Of a DNA stretch of 64,000 bases, positions 18,604 to 28,274 are shown piece after piece. The translations under genes and the position numbers were made by a program. The stretch covers positions 256,001 through 320,000 of the forward strand of contig OY970065.1 in assembly GCA_963705295.1 (NCBI GenBank). Direction: 5' to 3'. This DNA is from Parachlamydiales bacterium (GTDB lineage Bacteria; Chlamydiota; Chlamydiia; Chlamydiales; Rhabdochlamydiaceae). Positions within the stretch are counted from its first letter, which is position 1, and each line of letters starts with the position of its first letter. The notes under the pieces are model-generated. The model searched no databases. It was not told the DNA's origin and saw only the letters and a list, made by a program, of their open reading frames with translations.

Positions 18604-20902
18604 CGTTGGTAATAAATGTTTTTAGACTATCCCTGAAAAATTTCATGGCGGTTTTTTCACGGGCTTCATCGACACGTTGTAAAAATTCTGGGATATCACC
18701 CGGTCTTTTCTTCAGTTCTTCTGTTCGAATTCTCTCCATTTGATCTTTTGCATCGGTGATGATCTTGGGTGTAATAAAGAAAAACATCTCTGTTTCATGG
18801 TCTGTGAGATGGGTCGTCCCGAATAATTTTCCAAATAAAGGAATATCACCCAAAAAGGCGATTTTCTCTTCATGATCGACGCGCGACTTTCTTCTCAGAC
18901 CTCCTAAAATAACCGTCTCCCCATCTCTGACTCGGACTTCGTTTTCAACATGCCGCCTTTCGACATTCGGCCTATCGTTGGCGCTATGATGCGTTGTATC
19001 GAAGGTGATATTGGTTTTTAAAGTGACCGATCCTTTGTCTTCATTTTCTTCAGGAATATGAATGGTTGGGGTTAGGTTAATCGTGATTCCATATTGAGCC
19101 CTAGAAAAAGCTTTTTCAAACGTTGTTCCTTTATTCGTATCAACCGGAGCTGCACCACTATTGATCGAAAGCTCTTCCATAATCGAAATCTGAGCCTGCG
19201 TCTGATTGACTGCTGTGACAGAAGGTGCCGCATTGAGGTGGATATCGTCTTGTGTGAGTAAAAAATTATAAGCGATATCAAACTGGGGAAAGTTTTTTGG
19301 TTTTCCGCTGAAGAAGAATTGAAGAACACCTTTTGTGAGCTCTCTTTTTTTAAAATTCGGATGAGGTTTTGCTTCAGAGATATACGTCACACCATTGTGA
19401 ACTTTTCCGAGCTTTAAGAGGTTCAATCCAAATTTATCTTGCGAATTGATCCTTCTTTCAAAAAGGAGGACCTCGATTTGAACCATTCTTTTGGGGATAT
19501 CGAGCTTTTTGAGGAGATCTTTAATTTTTCCGAGGGCATCGCGCCTGACTGTCATCAAAATGGTGCCGGTCTTGAGATCAGGAATAAAATGACCAGGGAC
19601 ATTTTGATCGAGCTCAGCCTTGGTTGTAAGCCCCGGTTTTAAGGGAGGAGGGGTGATCACCAGGGGAGGAACAGGAGGATAACCATCTGGAGGAGCTCTG
19701 GTCCCTTGCACTTGAGCATTGAAGGCAAGATCGGTCTCTTTCAGACCGCTTTCTTGGGAAGAATGCAAAAGAGAATTATAAACTCTTTCAAGAACCTGGG
19801 CCAAATCGGTTGGATCGCTATGGCGGCAGGTGTAAAGATAGATCGTCATTTCTGACGGATCTTCGAGTTGGTCTTCGGTCTCACGGACAACTTTTTCAGC
19901 TCGATCGACACTTTCTTTCGAGCCGATGAGAACCAGACTATTGCTCTGCGTTAAAGGGAAGATACCGAGCCCTTCTTGATCCATTTTGGGAAAAGGAGGC
20001 TTTCCTTTTTCCAGAGCCTCGTTGAAGAACGTTGTCAAAATCTTTTCCATCTCTTTTATCGAGATTTTTGTCACAGAAACAACACGGGCAACTTTCCCCT
20101 CATGATTCCCCCAAACTTTATCATAGAAGTCGAGAAGTTTGACAACTTCTTCCTTCACAGCAATCAGGGCAATTTTATTCCCCAGAAGATGGACAAACGT
20201 TTGTTTACTATCGGAAAATTTCTCAAAAAATTGAAAGATGGTTCGGACCTGCTCGAGAGGAGGGATAATGAGATAACAAAGTCGATTTCCCGACGGAAGA
20301 ACTTCTAATTGATCCCGCTTGTAGGCAATCGCTTGAACTGCGCCTAAATCTTGTTTGAACAGGTAGAGTTGCCGCGCATAAGGATTTACTTTTTTTAAAC
20401 CAAAACCGTTGTGATGTAAAATCACTTCGAGAAGATCACTCCACGATTGACGTGGAATCGGAATATTGGAATAAAAATGGAGTTTGAGAGCAGAAAACTC
20501 AGCAGGAATAATATATAAATAATCTTGAGAGCCGTATTCCATCACGAGTTGAGATAAAGTGATCTCTTCTTGATCCCAAAGGGCGTACGGTTCCCCGTCG
20601 TGGATCCCTTCTTGAACGGCTGATTCTCTCCAAGATTCTTCGAGTTTCTCTTTTTCTCTTTTTAGACGGTTGACCTCTTCTAAGACAGCGCGAAAGTCGT
20701 CCTCATTAGCTTCATTATCGACAAGATGCCGAGCTTTAGCATGGGCTTCTTCAAGCCCTTTTTTTAAAGCTCCTAATTGGTGATTAACCTGAGCAATGTC
20801 GGAATCTCTTGAAATGTTCTTCTCGACCAAATTGGCCTTCTTTTCGGCAATCGATTCAGCGATAAGGACGACGGGGAGAAGAAGTAAAAGAACTCTTTTC
20901 AC
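18593..20902 (-). CDS. gspD: T2SS secretin
   Basis: Secretin domain: LDIPKRMVQIEV, VRVRDGETVILGGL, FLGDIPLFGKLF, FFITPKII. Confidence 0.93.
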   Translation of the reverse strand: MKRVLLLLLPVVLIAESIAEKKANLVEKNISRDSDIAQVNHQLGALKKGLEEAHAKARHLVDNEANEDDFRAVLEEVNRLKREKEKLEESWRESAVQEGIHDGEPYALWDQEEITLSQLVMEYGSQDYLYIIPAEFSALKLHFYSNIPIPRQSWSDLLEVILHHNGFGLKKVNPYARQLYLFKQDLGAVQAIAYKRDQLEVLPSGNRLCYLIIPPLEQVRTIFQFFEKFSDSKQTFVHLLGNKIALIAVKEEVVKLLDFYDKVWGNHEGKVARVVSVTKISIKEMEKILTTFFNEALEKGKPPFPKMDQEGLGIFPLTQSNSLVLIGSKESVDRAEKVVRETEDQLEDPSEMTIYLYTCRHSDPTDLAQVLERVYNSLLHSSQESGLKETDLAFNAQVQGTRAPPDGYPPVPPLVITPPPLKPGLTTKAELDQNVPGHFIPDLKTGTILMTVRRDALGKIKDLLKKLDIPKRMVQIEVLLFERRINSQDKFGLNLLKLGKVHNGVTYISEAKPHPNFKKRELTKGVLQFFFSGKPKNFPQFDIAYNFLLTQDDIHLNAAPSVTAVNQTQAQISIMEELSINSGAAPVDTNKGTTFEKAFSRAQYGITINLTPTIHIPEENEDKGSVTLKTNITFDTTHHSANDRPNVERRHVENEVRVRDGETVILGGLRRKSRVDHEEKIAFLGDIPLFGKLFGTTHLTDHETEMFFFITPKIITDAKDQMERIRTEELKKRPGDIPEFLQRVDEAREKTAMKFFRDSLKTFITNDVR

Positions 20903-22212
20903 TGTTTTTCTTCCTTACCAGCACTGCGCTGTTGTAAAGAAGATAGGGGCATTTTATTTTTCGCAATCATGGAAGAATGAGAAGCTCGAAGCCTATTTCG
21001 GGTCGGAGTCTTTTTTTTGTCGATATTCACAACGAGAGAAAGGGGTTGAGATTCGGTTCGCATTTTATCAAAACATCGACCTTTTAGGATAACCTTTCCC
21101 TTCGTGTTTTCAACTTTTTCAAAAATAAATAGCTCCCCTTGAATCTGGTGGAGGAGAAAAGCATCCAAATCATCTGCATTTCTTAAAGGACGCCACCGAC
21201 GATCCATTTTTACCCACCAATCGCCTTCTTTCACAATCACACGCCGTTTTCCGAGCTGACAGGTAATTTCGGAAGCTGCTCGTGGTTTTATTCCTGTGAT
21301 CAACTTGTCGGGGATAAAAGAAGTTTTAGAGTCTGCCGCGAGAGGAACCGAAAGAGAGGTATAACCATATCCGGTGGAATCCCAAACTTCCAACTTCAAT
21401 TCTCGTTCACTCGCCGACTCGAGTCTCGCCAAGGGGGCCGCAGGTATTTCAGGAAAACCGGTTTGCCAAGCACCTCCATCCCACCAAAGAATATCTCCAG
21501 GATTTAAGAAATGGACGCGGTGATCCACCTCAAGTTTACTTTTTGAGCTCAATTCGCGGTACTCTTCACCACCCCACTGGCTTAAAAACAGATCAGGAGC
21601 CCACATTCTACCCTTTGCGAGAGAGTGAACATAAGGTTCATCCTCCATAGAAGGTTGAAACAACGCCGAAGGAGAGAGAGCCACTTGTTCACTCACTCCT
21701 GTGTCGGTTTCTATCTGCATGACAACATCAGACCCTTTCAAAGCGACAGGGATCAGCCGTAAACCGGTCTTTTCCTCACTAAATTGATAAATGGTTCCCT
21801 TTTTAGACAAAAAGACGTTTTCTCCACATTTGAGTTCCTTATTCTCACCCGAGCATTTAAGGCCTAAACTAACGTTAAATTTCTCAATGTTATCAGGCCT
21901 GTTATCTTTTCCAATCACAATAAGATCTTGGACAAGAGACTCAAATTCAACATGGGTCACCTGTGGAGAGATGGCGAGAAGACCCTTACCCATTCTCGAA
22001 AAATCAACCTTCGGCAGCGGAGTCCCTTGAAAAGAGACAGAATTCTGTGTTTTTTGGAAAACGAGAAAAGATAACCAAAAAAGAGAAAAAATAGCCGCAG
22101 AGGCCAAACAGGCCCCTACACCCATCCACATCCACTTTTCGGTTTTCGCCTGCGAAGGTCTTAACAGTTCCATCATTTTACAGATTTTCTCGTGATAGGT
22201 ACATACATACAA
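20899..22212 (-). CDS. Chlamydial T2SS-associated protein upstream of gspD (start uncertain, possibly 22176)
   Basis: Single N-terminal TM helix; overlaps the gspD start; first gene of the gsp operon. Confidence 0.7.
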   Translation of the reverse strand: MYVCTYHEKICKMMELLRPSQAKTEKWMWMGVGACLASAAIFSLFWLSFLVFQKTQNSVSFQGTPLPKVDFSRMGKGLLAISPQVTHVEFESLVQDLIVIGKDNRPDNIEKFNVSLGLKCSGENKELKCGENVFLSKKGTIYQFSEEKTGLRLIPVALKGSDVVMQIETDTGVSEQVALSPSALFQPSMEDEPYVHSLAKGRMWAPDLFLSQWGGEEYRELSSKSKLEVDHRVHFLNPGDILWWDGGAWQTGFPEIPAAPLARLESASERELKLEVWDSTGYGYTSLSVPLAADSKTSFIPDKLITGIKPRAASEITCQLGKRRVIVKEGDWWVKMDRRWRPLRNADDLDAFLLHQIQGELFIFEKVENTKGKVILKGRCFDKMRTESQPLSLVVNIDKKKTPTRNRLRASHSSMIAKNKMPLSSLQQRSAGKEEKQ

Positions 22213-22272
22213 ATTCTATGAGATTTTCTCAATAAATTAAAGGACGGAAAAGATTGCCTCTTTTGAATGGTG

Positions 22273-22301
22273 TTGCAAAAAAGATTATCAACAATTAGAT
22301 T
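22273..22301 (+). promoter_or_regulatory. Candidate sigma66/70 promoter
   Basis: TTGCAA-17 nt-TAGATT upstream of 22331. Confidence 0.45.
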
Positions 22302-22330
22302 AAAATTTAAAAGCGCAAGGTGGTGATTGT

Positions 22331-22708
22331 ATGGCCGATAAAAAAAAGGAAGGGGTATCTGTTAAAGAAGTTGGAGATTTTGCAAAAAAATATCGATTCG
22401 AAGTGTTTTTCTGCATTATCTTTATTTTTGCTTGTCTTTTCAGTTTAGTGGGGTATTTCCGCGCTGGATGGAGTCTTTTCTTTTTAACAGGCGGAGCCAT
22501 TTTAGGAATGATTTTCCCGGTAAAAGCAGATGCTTTAACGAAGAGGGGATTTCAGTTTTCATTCAAACAAGATAAAATGGTTAAGGTTATTTTAGGAATA
22601 GTAGCATTACTATTAGCTATATTTCTCCCATTTCTCATTTTCTTAGGGGTAGGACTCATTGGCGGCCGCGCAATCCACAAGTTCGCGCTTGACTCGTTAG
22701 CCCGCTAG
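22331..22708 (+). CDS. Small membrane protein
   Basis: Four hydrophobic segments; AGGTGG RBS. Confidence 0.75.
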   Translation: MADKKKEGVSVKEVGDFAKKYRFEVFFCIIFIFACLFSLVGYFRAGWSLFFLTGGAILGMIFPVKADALTKRGFQFSFKQDKMVKVILGIVALLLAIFLPFLIFLGVGLIGGRAIHKFALDSLAR

Positions 22709-23425
22709 AACATCTTCACGATGCTTGATATAATCAAGCAGTGAGATTTCATCGTTTTGGAAATTGCTTTGGATGAGCTGATAAGCTTCGGGGTCGTAGA
22801 CTTTAGAAGTGCCACCATTCTCCTTGAATTCCTTCCAAGCCAGCAGCTCGCCCTCAGGAGTTCCGGCTGCCTTTTCGAGCATCGCGATTCTCAAGAGATT
22901 ATAAGCATAGAGAATGCATCCATGACGGACAATTTCACTTTTCTTCTCCCAAAATCCGTCATCTTTTTCCATCGAGCTTTTCAACGCTTTTGACCGACTG
23001 AGAGCCTCTTCCAACTTGTTTTCTGCAATCAAGAGGGAACTCTGCGAAAAATCGATATAATAGGGAGAGAACCCTTCCATTCTTTTCAAAGCGGCTTTGG
23101 CATAACTCATCGCTAACCCTTGTTCGCTTGAATTCAAAAGTTTTTGAGCAATTGCCCCATCGTACTTGGCATGCAATTCTGGATGTTTGCGAAGAATTTT
23201 TTGAAGTTTAGATAAATGTTCTCCAGGAACCCCTTCCCAATGCTGATAGGCAATATCCGCTGCTAAAAAATCGACTTGCGCATCGCCTTTAAATAATCGG
23301 GTCAGCGCAATAATTCCCGCTAGAACAACAAATCCTGTCCCAACGATCTTTGAAAGATGGTGCTTGATCCAAATAAAACTCTCTCTTTTGACAAAACCAA
23401 ATTTTCCAATAGGGATTTCTTCCAT
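22697..23425 (-). CDS. Hypothetical membrane-anchored protein
   Basis: 242-aa ORF with one N-terminal TM helix and a helical remainder. Confidence 0.7.
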   Translation of the reverse strand: MEEIPIGKFGFVKRESFIWIKHHLSKIVGTGFVVLAGIIALTRLFKGDAQVDFLAADIAYQHWEGVPGEHLSKLQKILRKHPELHAKYDGAIAQKLLNSSEQGLAMSYAKAALKRMEGFSPYYIDFSQSSLLIAENKLEEALSRSKALKSSMEKDDGFWEKKSEIVRHGCILYAYNLLRIAMLEKAAGTPEGELLAWKEFKENGGTSKVYDPEAYQLIQSNFQNDEISLLDYIKHREDVLAG

Positions 23426-23433
23426 GAGATTAT

Positions 23434-23925
23434 TTATACAATGTAGGGGATAAATCTTGCTAGTATTTTGGATAAATCTAAAAATTTTTGATCGAAATAG
23501 GTTGCCTTATCATCGATCTCTTTTTGTTGATGATACCCCCGTTCTATGAGTTGCCATGCGATGAGAAGCAAAGGAATGGAAATGGCCGATTTTGCATTGG
23601 CATGTGCCAAGAATCGAAACCCTTCCCTGGCGACGACGCCTCCACCTGCAAATAAAGCTCCCCCCGAAACAGTTTTTGAAATTTTTATCGTGATGAGAGC
23701 CAAACCTCCACAAAAGCCAAATTTTGATAGAAGTTCCTTTTTTCGAGAAGGTGAATCGAGAGATTTTTGAATCGAATAATAGATGACCGCAGCTACAAAA
23801 ATACGTAAGATTGTTTGCGCCAGTGGTTTGGCACGTTTTTTAAGCTCTTCATAATCTCTCGATCCAAGACGCTCTTGCCTCAGATTTTTTATAGGTCCGA
23901 ACAAATCGCTAATGATTGCAGCCAT
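23434..23925 (-). CDS. Hypothetical hydrophobic protein
   Basis: Start 23925 (MAAIISDLFG) avoids a long overlap; central hydrophobic Gly-rich segments. Confidence 0.55.
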   Translation of the reverse strand: MAAIISDLFGPIKNLRQERLGSRDYEELKKRAKPLAQTILRIFVAAVIYYSIQKSLDSPSRKKELLSKFGFCGGLALITIKISKTVSGGALFAGGGVVAREGFRFLAHANAKSAISIPLLLIAWQLIERGYHQQKEIDDKATYFDQKFLDLSKILARFIPYIV

Positions 23926-24991
23926 ATATTTTTTCCATGTTATCGAGTGTGTGTTGTAAAAGAAATTTTTCTTCGACAAGTTTTCTTGCCGAGTCGCCAT
24001 ACGTATTTCTCAGATCGGGATTCTCAGCTAATTGACGGACTGCTTCTGCAACTCGATCGGGTGCAAATGGCGGAACTTGGATGCCCGTTTTCCCCTGAAG
24101 GCAGACTTCCGGAAGCCCTCCAACCGTGGTCATGATCAGAGGTTTTTTTAAATATGCCGCCTGCAGCGATGCTTGAGAAATCCCTTCATGAGCGGTGCTC
24201 AGCAAAGCAAAAATGTCCAAAGCCGCGATTGCAGGGAAAGGGTCATCTAAATGTCCCGTGAAGGTTAGATGGATCGAATCATCGACCGAATCATCGACAA
24301 GAGGTCTGAAATGATCCAAGTAGCCGCCACCCACAATGACCCATTTTAGCTTCGGATAATTTTTAAGTAGTTTAGCTGCTGCAATGAAATCTTGGATCCC
24401 TTTCCAGGACCGAACAACACAAACCGTACCTACTAAAATATCGTCTTTTTCGATTCCAAATCGAGACCGAAAAGCTTCCCCTTCACTTTCTTTGACTTCA
24501 ATCGGTTCAACCCCCGTTGCAACACACCGGAGCCTAGAAAGGGGAATTTTTGCTTTTTGAGAAATCGTTGGAATAATTCCTGAAGATGTCGTCACAATAA
24601 AATCGGCCAATCCTCGATACAAAAGAAGTGCGTTAAGTCCTCCCCGAATTTCGGTAGAGAGATGTCTTGTCCGGATCACTTTCTTTCTGCAAAAGCGGGA
24701 GGCAATCCCACCGAGCCACGCATCTAAAGAAGAGTGGGTATTCACCAGATCGATCTGGTTTTCCCGCACGATTCGGCAGAGATCTCTGATCACGAAAATT
24801 GCTCGGGATCTTCGAAAATCGAGTTCAAACACTTTAAACCCTTTTTCTCGAGCACGCTGAGCAAGCTTACCTCCGCGCGTGATGGCGAAAACTATCGTAT
24901 GGCCACGATCGCGAAGACCGATCGATTCCTTCAGAATTCGGATCTCTTGTCCGCCCCATCCATTCGAGCTTTCAGTGTGTAGTACTCTCAT
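23909..24991 (-). CDS. Glycosyltransferase family 4
   Basis: MRVLHTESSNGWGGQEIR, VNTHSSLD, RSWKG, EGISQASLQA, VGGLPEV. Confidence 0.92.
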   Translation of the reverse strand: MRVLHTESSNGWGGQEIRILKESIGLRDRGHTIVFAITRGGKLAQRAREKGFKVFELDFRRSRAIFVIRDLCRIVRENQIDLVNTHSSLDAWLGGIASRFCRKKVIRTRHLSTEIRGGLNALLLYRGLADFIVTTSSGIIPTISQKAKIPLSRLRCVATGVEPIEVKESEGEAFRSRFGIEKDDILVGTVCVVRSWKGIQDFIAAAKLLKNYPKLKWVIVGGGYLDHFRPLVDDSVDDSIHLTFTGHLDDPFPAIAALDIFALLSTAHEGISQASLQAAYLKKPLIMTTVGGLPEVCLQGKTGIQVPPFAPDRVAEAVRQLAENPDLRNTYGDSARKLVEEKFLLQHTLDNMEKIYGCNH

Positions 24992-25955
24992 CTTTCAACA
25001 TCTCTAAAATCCGTCGGTGTCCTGATGAAAAGGGAAGATGTAACAATTCGTCCCATTTTCTCCATTCAAATCCGTCGATTAATTTTTTTTCTGACATTTC
25101 ATAAAGGCTAGGATGCAACTTCACATGGTACCGTGTAAAGCCGTGTTTTACAATAGGGAAACTCCGAAGCAGTTTCAGCTCCAAAAATTTTTCTTTATGG
25201 GGAACATAAGGAAACTCGTACAGACCTGCCATCACTTTCCCTTCTTCTCCCTTCCGGACTAAAAATTCTTTTTGATAACGGACAATAAAAACATCCCTCT
25301 CTAAATGGATCGTTGTCGGCCGTTTTTTGACAGGCGGGAACCGGTCGATTGCTCCCTGTCCATAGGCAACACACGTTCTTGATAGAGGGCACTTGGAACA
25401 CTCCGGTTTTTTCTGACAGATTTGAGCTCCCAGTTCTATCAGGGCCTCCATGATAATCCAAGGTTCATTATCAGGCAAAATCGATAAGGTTAACTCCTCA
25501 TAAAACTTTCGGTCTGTTGAATCGATTCCGTAAAGCCGTGAGAGAACCCGGATCACATTCCCATCCACCGCGGCAGCTTTTTTCTGAAAAGCAAAACTCA
25601 AAACAGCCCCTGTCGTATACGATCCAAATCCAGGAAGAGTTGCCAAATCATTCTCAGGAAAAACACCATGGAACTGATTCACAATGATTTGAGCCGCCTT
25701 ATGAAGATTCCTAGCCCGGCTATAATATCCCAATCCTTCCCAAGCCTTCATCACTTCTTCTAAAGGCGCATGGGCCAAAACTTCCACCGTAGGAAATTTT
25801 TGCATGAACCGATGGAAATAAGGGATCACAACCGACACTTGAGTCTGCTGGAGCATGATTTCCGAAACCCAGACGCGGTAAGGAGTCCTATTCATACGCC
25901 AAGGGAGATCCCGCTGCTCATCCAAAAACCATTCTTTAAGAACTGCCAGAACCAT
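24972..25955 (-). CDS. mutY: A/G-specific adenine glycosylase
   Basis: RDLPWR, VWVSEIMLQQTQV, WEGLGYYSRARNL, VDGNVIRV, 4Fe-4S motif CxxxxxxCxxCxxxxxC. Confidence 0.97.
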   Translation of the reverse strand: MVLAVLKEWFLDEQRDLPWRMNRTPYRVWVSEIMLQQTQVSVVIPYFHRFMQKFPTVEVLAHAPLEEVMKAWEGLGYYSRARNLHKAAQIIVNQFHGVFPENDLATLPGFGSYTTGAVLSFAFQKKAAAVDGNVIRVLSRLYGIDSTDRKFYEELTLSILPDNEPWIIMEALIELGAQICQKKPECSKCPLSRTCVAYGQGAIDRFPPVKKRPTTIHLERDVFIVRYQKEFLVRKGEEGKVMAGLYEFPYVPHKEKFLELKLLRSFPIVKHGFTRYHVKLHPSLYEMSEKKLIDGFEWRKWDELLHLPFSSGHRRILEMLKDESTTH

Positions 25956-26014
25956 TTTGCCTAGTATACGATTTTGACCGTGTCCAAATAAATTAAAATA
26001 AATAGTTTACATAG

Positions 26015-26030
26015 TGGCACACTTTTCGCA
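26015..26030 (+). promoter_or_regulatory. Candidate sigma54 (-24/-12) promoter
   Basis: TGGCACACTTTTCGCA = GG-N10-GC with a TGGCAC core; AT-rich upstream; AGGAG RBS at 26047 and ATG at 26059 downstream. Confidence 0.65.
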
Positions 26031-26058
26031 TGGATATACCATTCACAGGAGCGAAGCT

Positions 26059-26526
26059 ATGGAAAAATGGACCGAAACACATTCAAAACTACACACCGTC
26101 ATGAAACGAGAGATCGAAACGATGCGTCAGCTTCTCGCGAACCTTCACCAAGAAGAGATTTTCATCCTCCACCAAGATAAAACCTACTGGAATCAGCTCA
26201 TGGAAGAAAGAGGTCAGCTCATTGCCGAGCTCAGCTCTATTCGGCAAACTCGGAGCACCACAACAGAAATCTTAGAAGAGATGTTCCATTTTTCTCATTC
26301 CGCTGCTTTGGAAGAGCTTATTCCTTTAAATGATGCAAATAGCGCCGATCTTCTCTTCCTCCGAGATCAAATCCTAACCCTCTTGGATCGGATGAACCTT
26401 CAAACCAGTCGCAATGAGATGCTCGTGCAACTCCAGCTCCACCAAAAACAACTGATTCCTCTGGAGAAAAAGGCTAAAATCTCCATTGCAACTCTTCCCC
26501 CTGAAGAGTATAAAAAAGGTGCGTGA
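26059..26526 (+). CDS. FlgN-like helical chaperone
   Basis: Pattern L..EIE.MRQLL..L.QEE..IL..D......L.EER..L...L..I...R...L....N..N..L resembles FlgN. Confidence 0.55.
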   Translation: MEKWTETHSKLHTVMKREIETMRQLLANLHQEEIFILHQDKTYWNQLMEERGQLIAELSSIRQTRSTTTEILEEMFHFSHSAALEELIPLNDANSADLLFLRDQILTLLDRMNLQTSRNEMLVQLQLHQKQLIPLEKKAKISIATLPPEEYKKGA

Positions 26527-27539
26527 AAAAGATAGCTGCCTTAAATACGAGTCCTGAGATCCTCTTTCTGGACCATATTTCCCCTTTAGCCTCTCTCCTT
26601 GACATCCCCCTGATTATTACCCATGAGAAAAATGCCACTTTGACGACCCAGTACTATCCCGAAGTCAACGTCCGCTATTGGCCTGATTTAGAGTTCCATC
26701 TCAAAGAACTCTCTCACGCATATGATGTCCTTATCGAATGCAGCTTTTGGGCACCCCATCTCAAACACCTCTTCCAATCGTGTTTTCAAAAGGATATGCG
26801 CCTTCTTTTTTGCCCGCATGGACAGTCCGACAAAGGTTACCTCTCGCCCTCCTTGTCACCCTACGCTCAGCAAGATGGAGTTCTCCTCTATGGGAACCTC
26901 ATGAAGACCATGCTTACCGAAATCGGCCTATGGGATTCCATCCCTGCGCACACTTTTATCGGAAATTTTCGTCGCCTCTATTACCAAAAACACCGAACTA
27001 GAATGATCGCCACCGTAGAAAAAGAGATCTTTTCTTCCCTCAACCCGGCCAATAAGACCCTTCTTTATGCCCCAACTTGGAATGATGCTGACGACTCGGG
27101 AACATTGTTTCACTTCGAGGAAAAACTACTGAAAGAGCTCCCCTCCGATTGGAATCTCATCCTGAAAGTCCATCCCCTCCTTCCCGAGAAGCAACCAGCC
27201 CTTTTCTACAAACTCGAAGAAAAAAGAGAAAATTTCATCCTCGTCCATGAATTTCCCCTCATCTATCCTATCCTGGAAAAAATCGACGCTTATCTCGGTG
27301 ACTATTCATCGATTGGATACGATGCCCTCGCCTTTCAAAAGCCCCTCTTCTTTCTAACTCAGCCCCATCTTCCCCCTGCAAGACTCCATCGGTGCGGAAC
27401 CATCCTCGATCCGTCTCAAAACCTCTTTAAAGCCATCGAAACCCGCCTTAAAGATCCCAACCCCTTGCAAACCCAGCTCTACGAGCAAGCTTTTTCCTCT
27501 GTCCCTAACCTGCATGAGGCGATCCATGCCATCCTCTAA
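26523..27539 (+). CDS. CDP-glycerol:glycerophosphate transferase (TagB/TagF-like) family
   Basis: LLYAPTW, ILKVHP, YLGDYSSIGYDAL..KPLFFL. Confidence 0.85.
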   Translation: MKKIAALNTSPEILFLDHISPLASLLDIPLIITHEKNATLTTQYYPEVNVRYWPDLEFHLKELSHAYDVLIECSFWAPHLKHLFQSCFQKDMRLLFCPHGQSDKGYLSPSLSPYAQQDGVLLYGNLMKTMLTEIGLWDSIPAHTFIGNFRRLYYQKHRTRMIATVEKEIFSSLNPANKTLLYAPTWNDADDSGTLFHFEEKLLKELPSDWNLILKVHPLLPEKQPALFYKLEEKRENFILVHEFPLIYPILEKIDAYLGDYSSIGYDALAFQKPLFFLTQPHLPPARLHRCGTILDPSQNLFKAIETRLKDPNPLQTQLYEQAFSSVPNLHEAIHAIL

Positions 27540-28239
27540 GCAAGGGATTATTGTAGGATCGAATCAGAGCCAAGAATGGCTTCTTCCGTGGTGGTGGGAA
27601 AACTATAAAAAACACAATCAGTACCCTGTTGCTTTCTTTGATTTTGGACTTACCTCGGATATGAAGAAATGGTGCCGTGAGAAAGGTCCGCTGATTCAAC
27701 TTCCCCAATCCGATGTTTTTATCAAAGATAAGGAAGAAATACCCCCTTCAACGGCCCTCGATTGGGAGAGTCGTCACGGCGAAACCTTTTGGAACTACAG
27801 GAAAACCTGGTTCAAAAAACCACTCGCGTGCCTTCAATCTCCCTTCGAAAAAACCATCTGGATCGATCTCGATTGCCAAATTCAAAGTTCTCTTGAACCC
27901 CTTTTTCAGATCGATTCATCCCTGGCTCTTTCCAGAGATATGGACGCTCCTTGCCCTTACTATCCCGTTTATAATTCGGGAGTCATCGTCTTCCACAAAA
28001 ACAACCCTCTTCTAAAAGAATGGGCCACCCTTGCTTTCGAACAAAACGATCTCTATATGGGAGATCAAGATCTCCTATCCAAAATCATTTTTGAAAAAAA
28101 GTATCCCATCATCGAATTAGAACCCCTTTATAACTGGAGCATTTTTCACGGACTTAATCCAGAGGCCACCATCATCCACTGGATTTGCGATCTCGGAAAG
28201 AATTTACTCCGAGACCGGATTATCTTAAGCCAATTGTAA
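27526..28239 (+). CDS. GT-A fold glycosyltransferase (GT8-like)
   Basis: WFKKP, IWIDLD (DxD), YNSGVI, GDQDLL, YNW, IIHW. Confidence 0.75.
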   Translation: MPSSKQGIIVGSNQSQEWLLPWWWENYKKHNQYPVAFFDFGLTSDMKKWCREKGPLIQLPQSDVFIKDKEEIPPSTALDWESRHGETFWNYRKTWFKKPLACLQSPFEKTIWIDLDCQIQSSLEPLFQIDSSLALSRDMDAPCPYYPVYNSGVIVFHKNNPLLKEWATLAFEQNDLYMGDQDLLSKIIFEKKYPIIELEPLYNWSIFHGLNPEATIIHWICDLGKNLLRDRIILSQL

Positions 28240-28274
28240 ATCGGCTTGACATTTGAAACCTCGGTTAAGCTATT

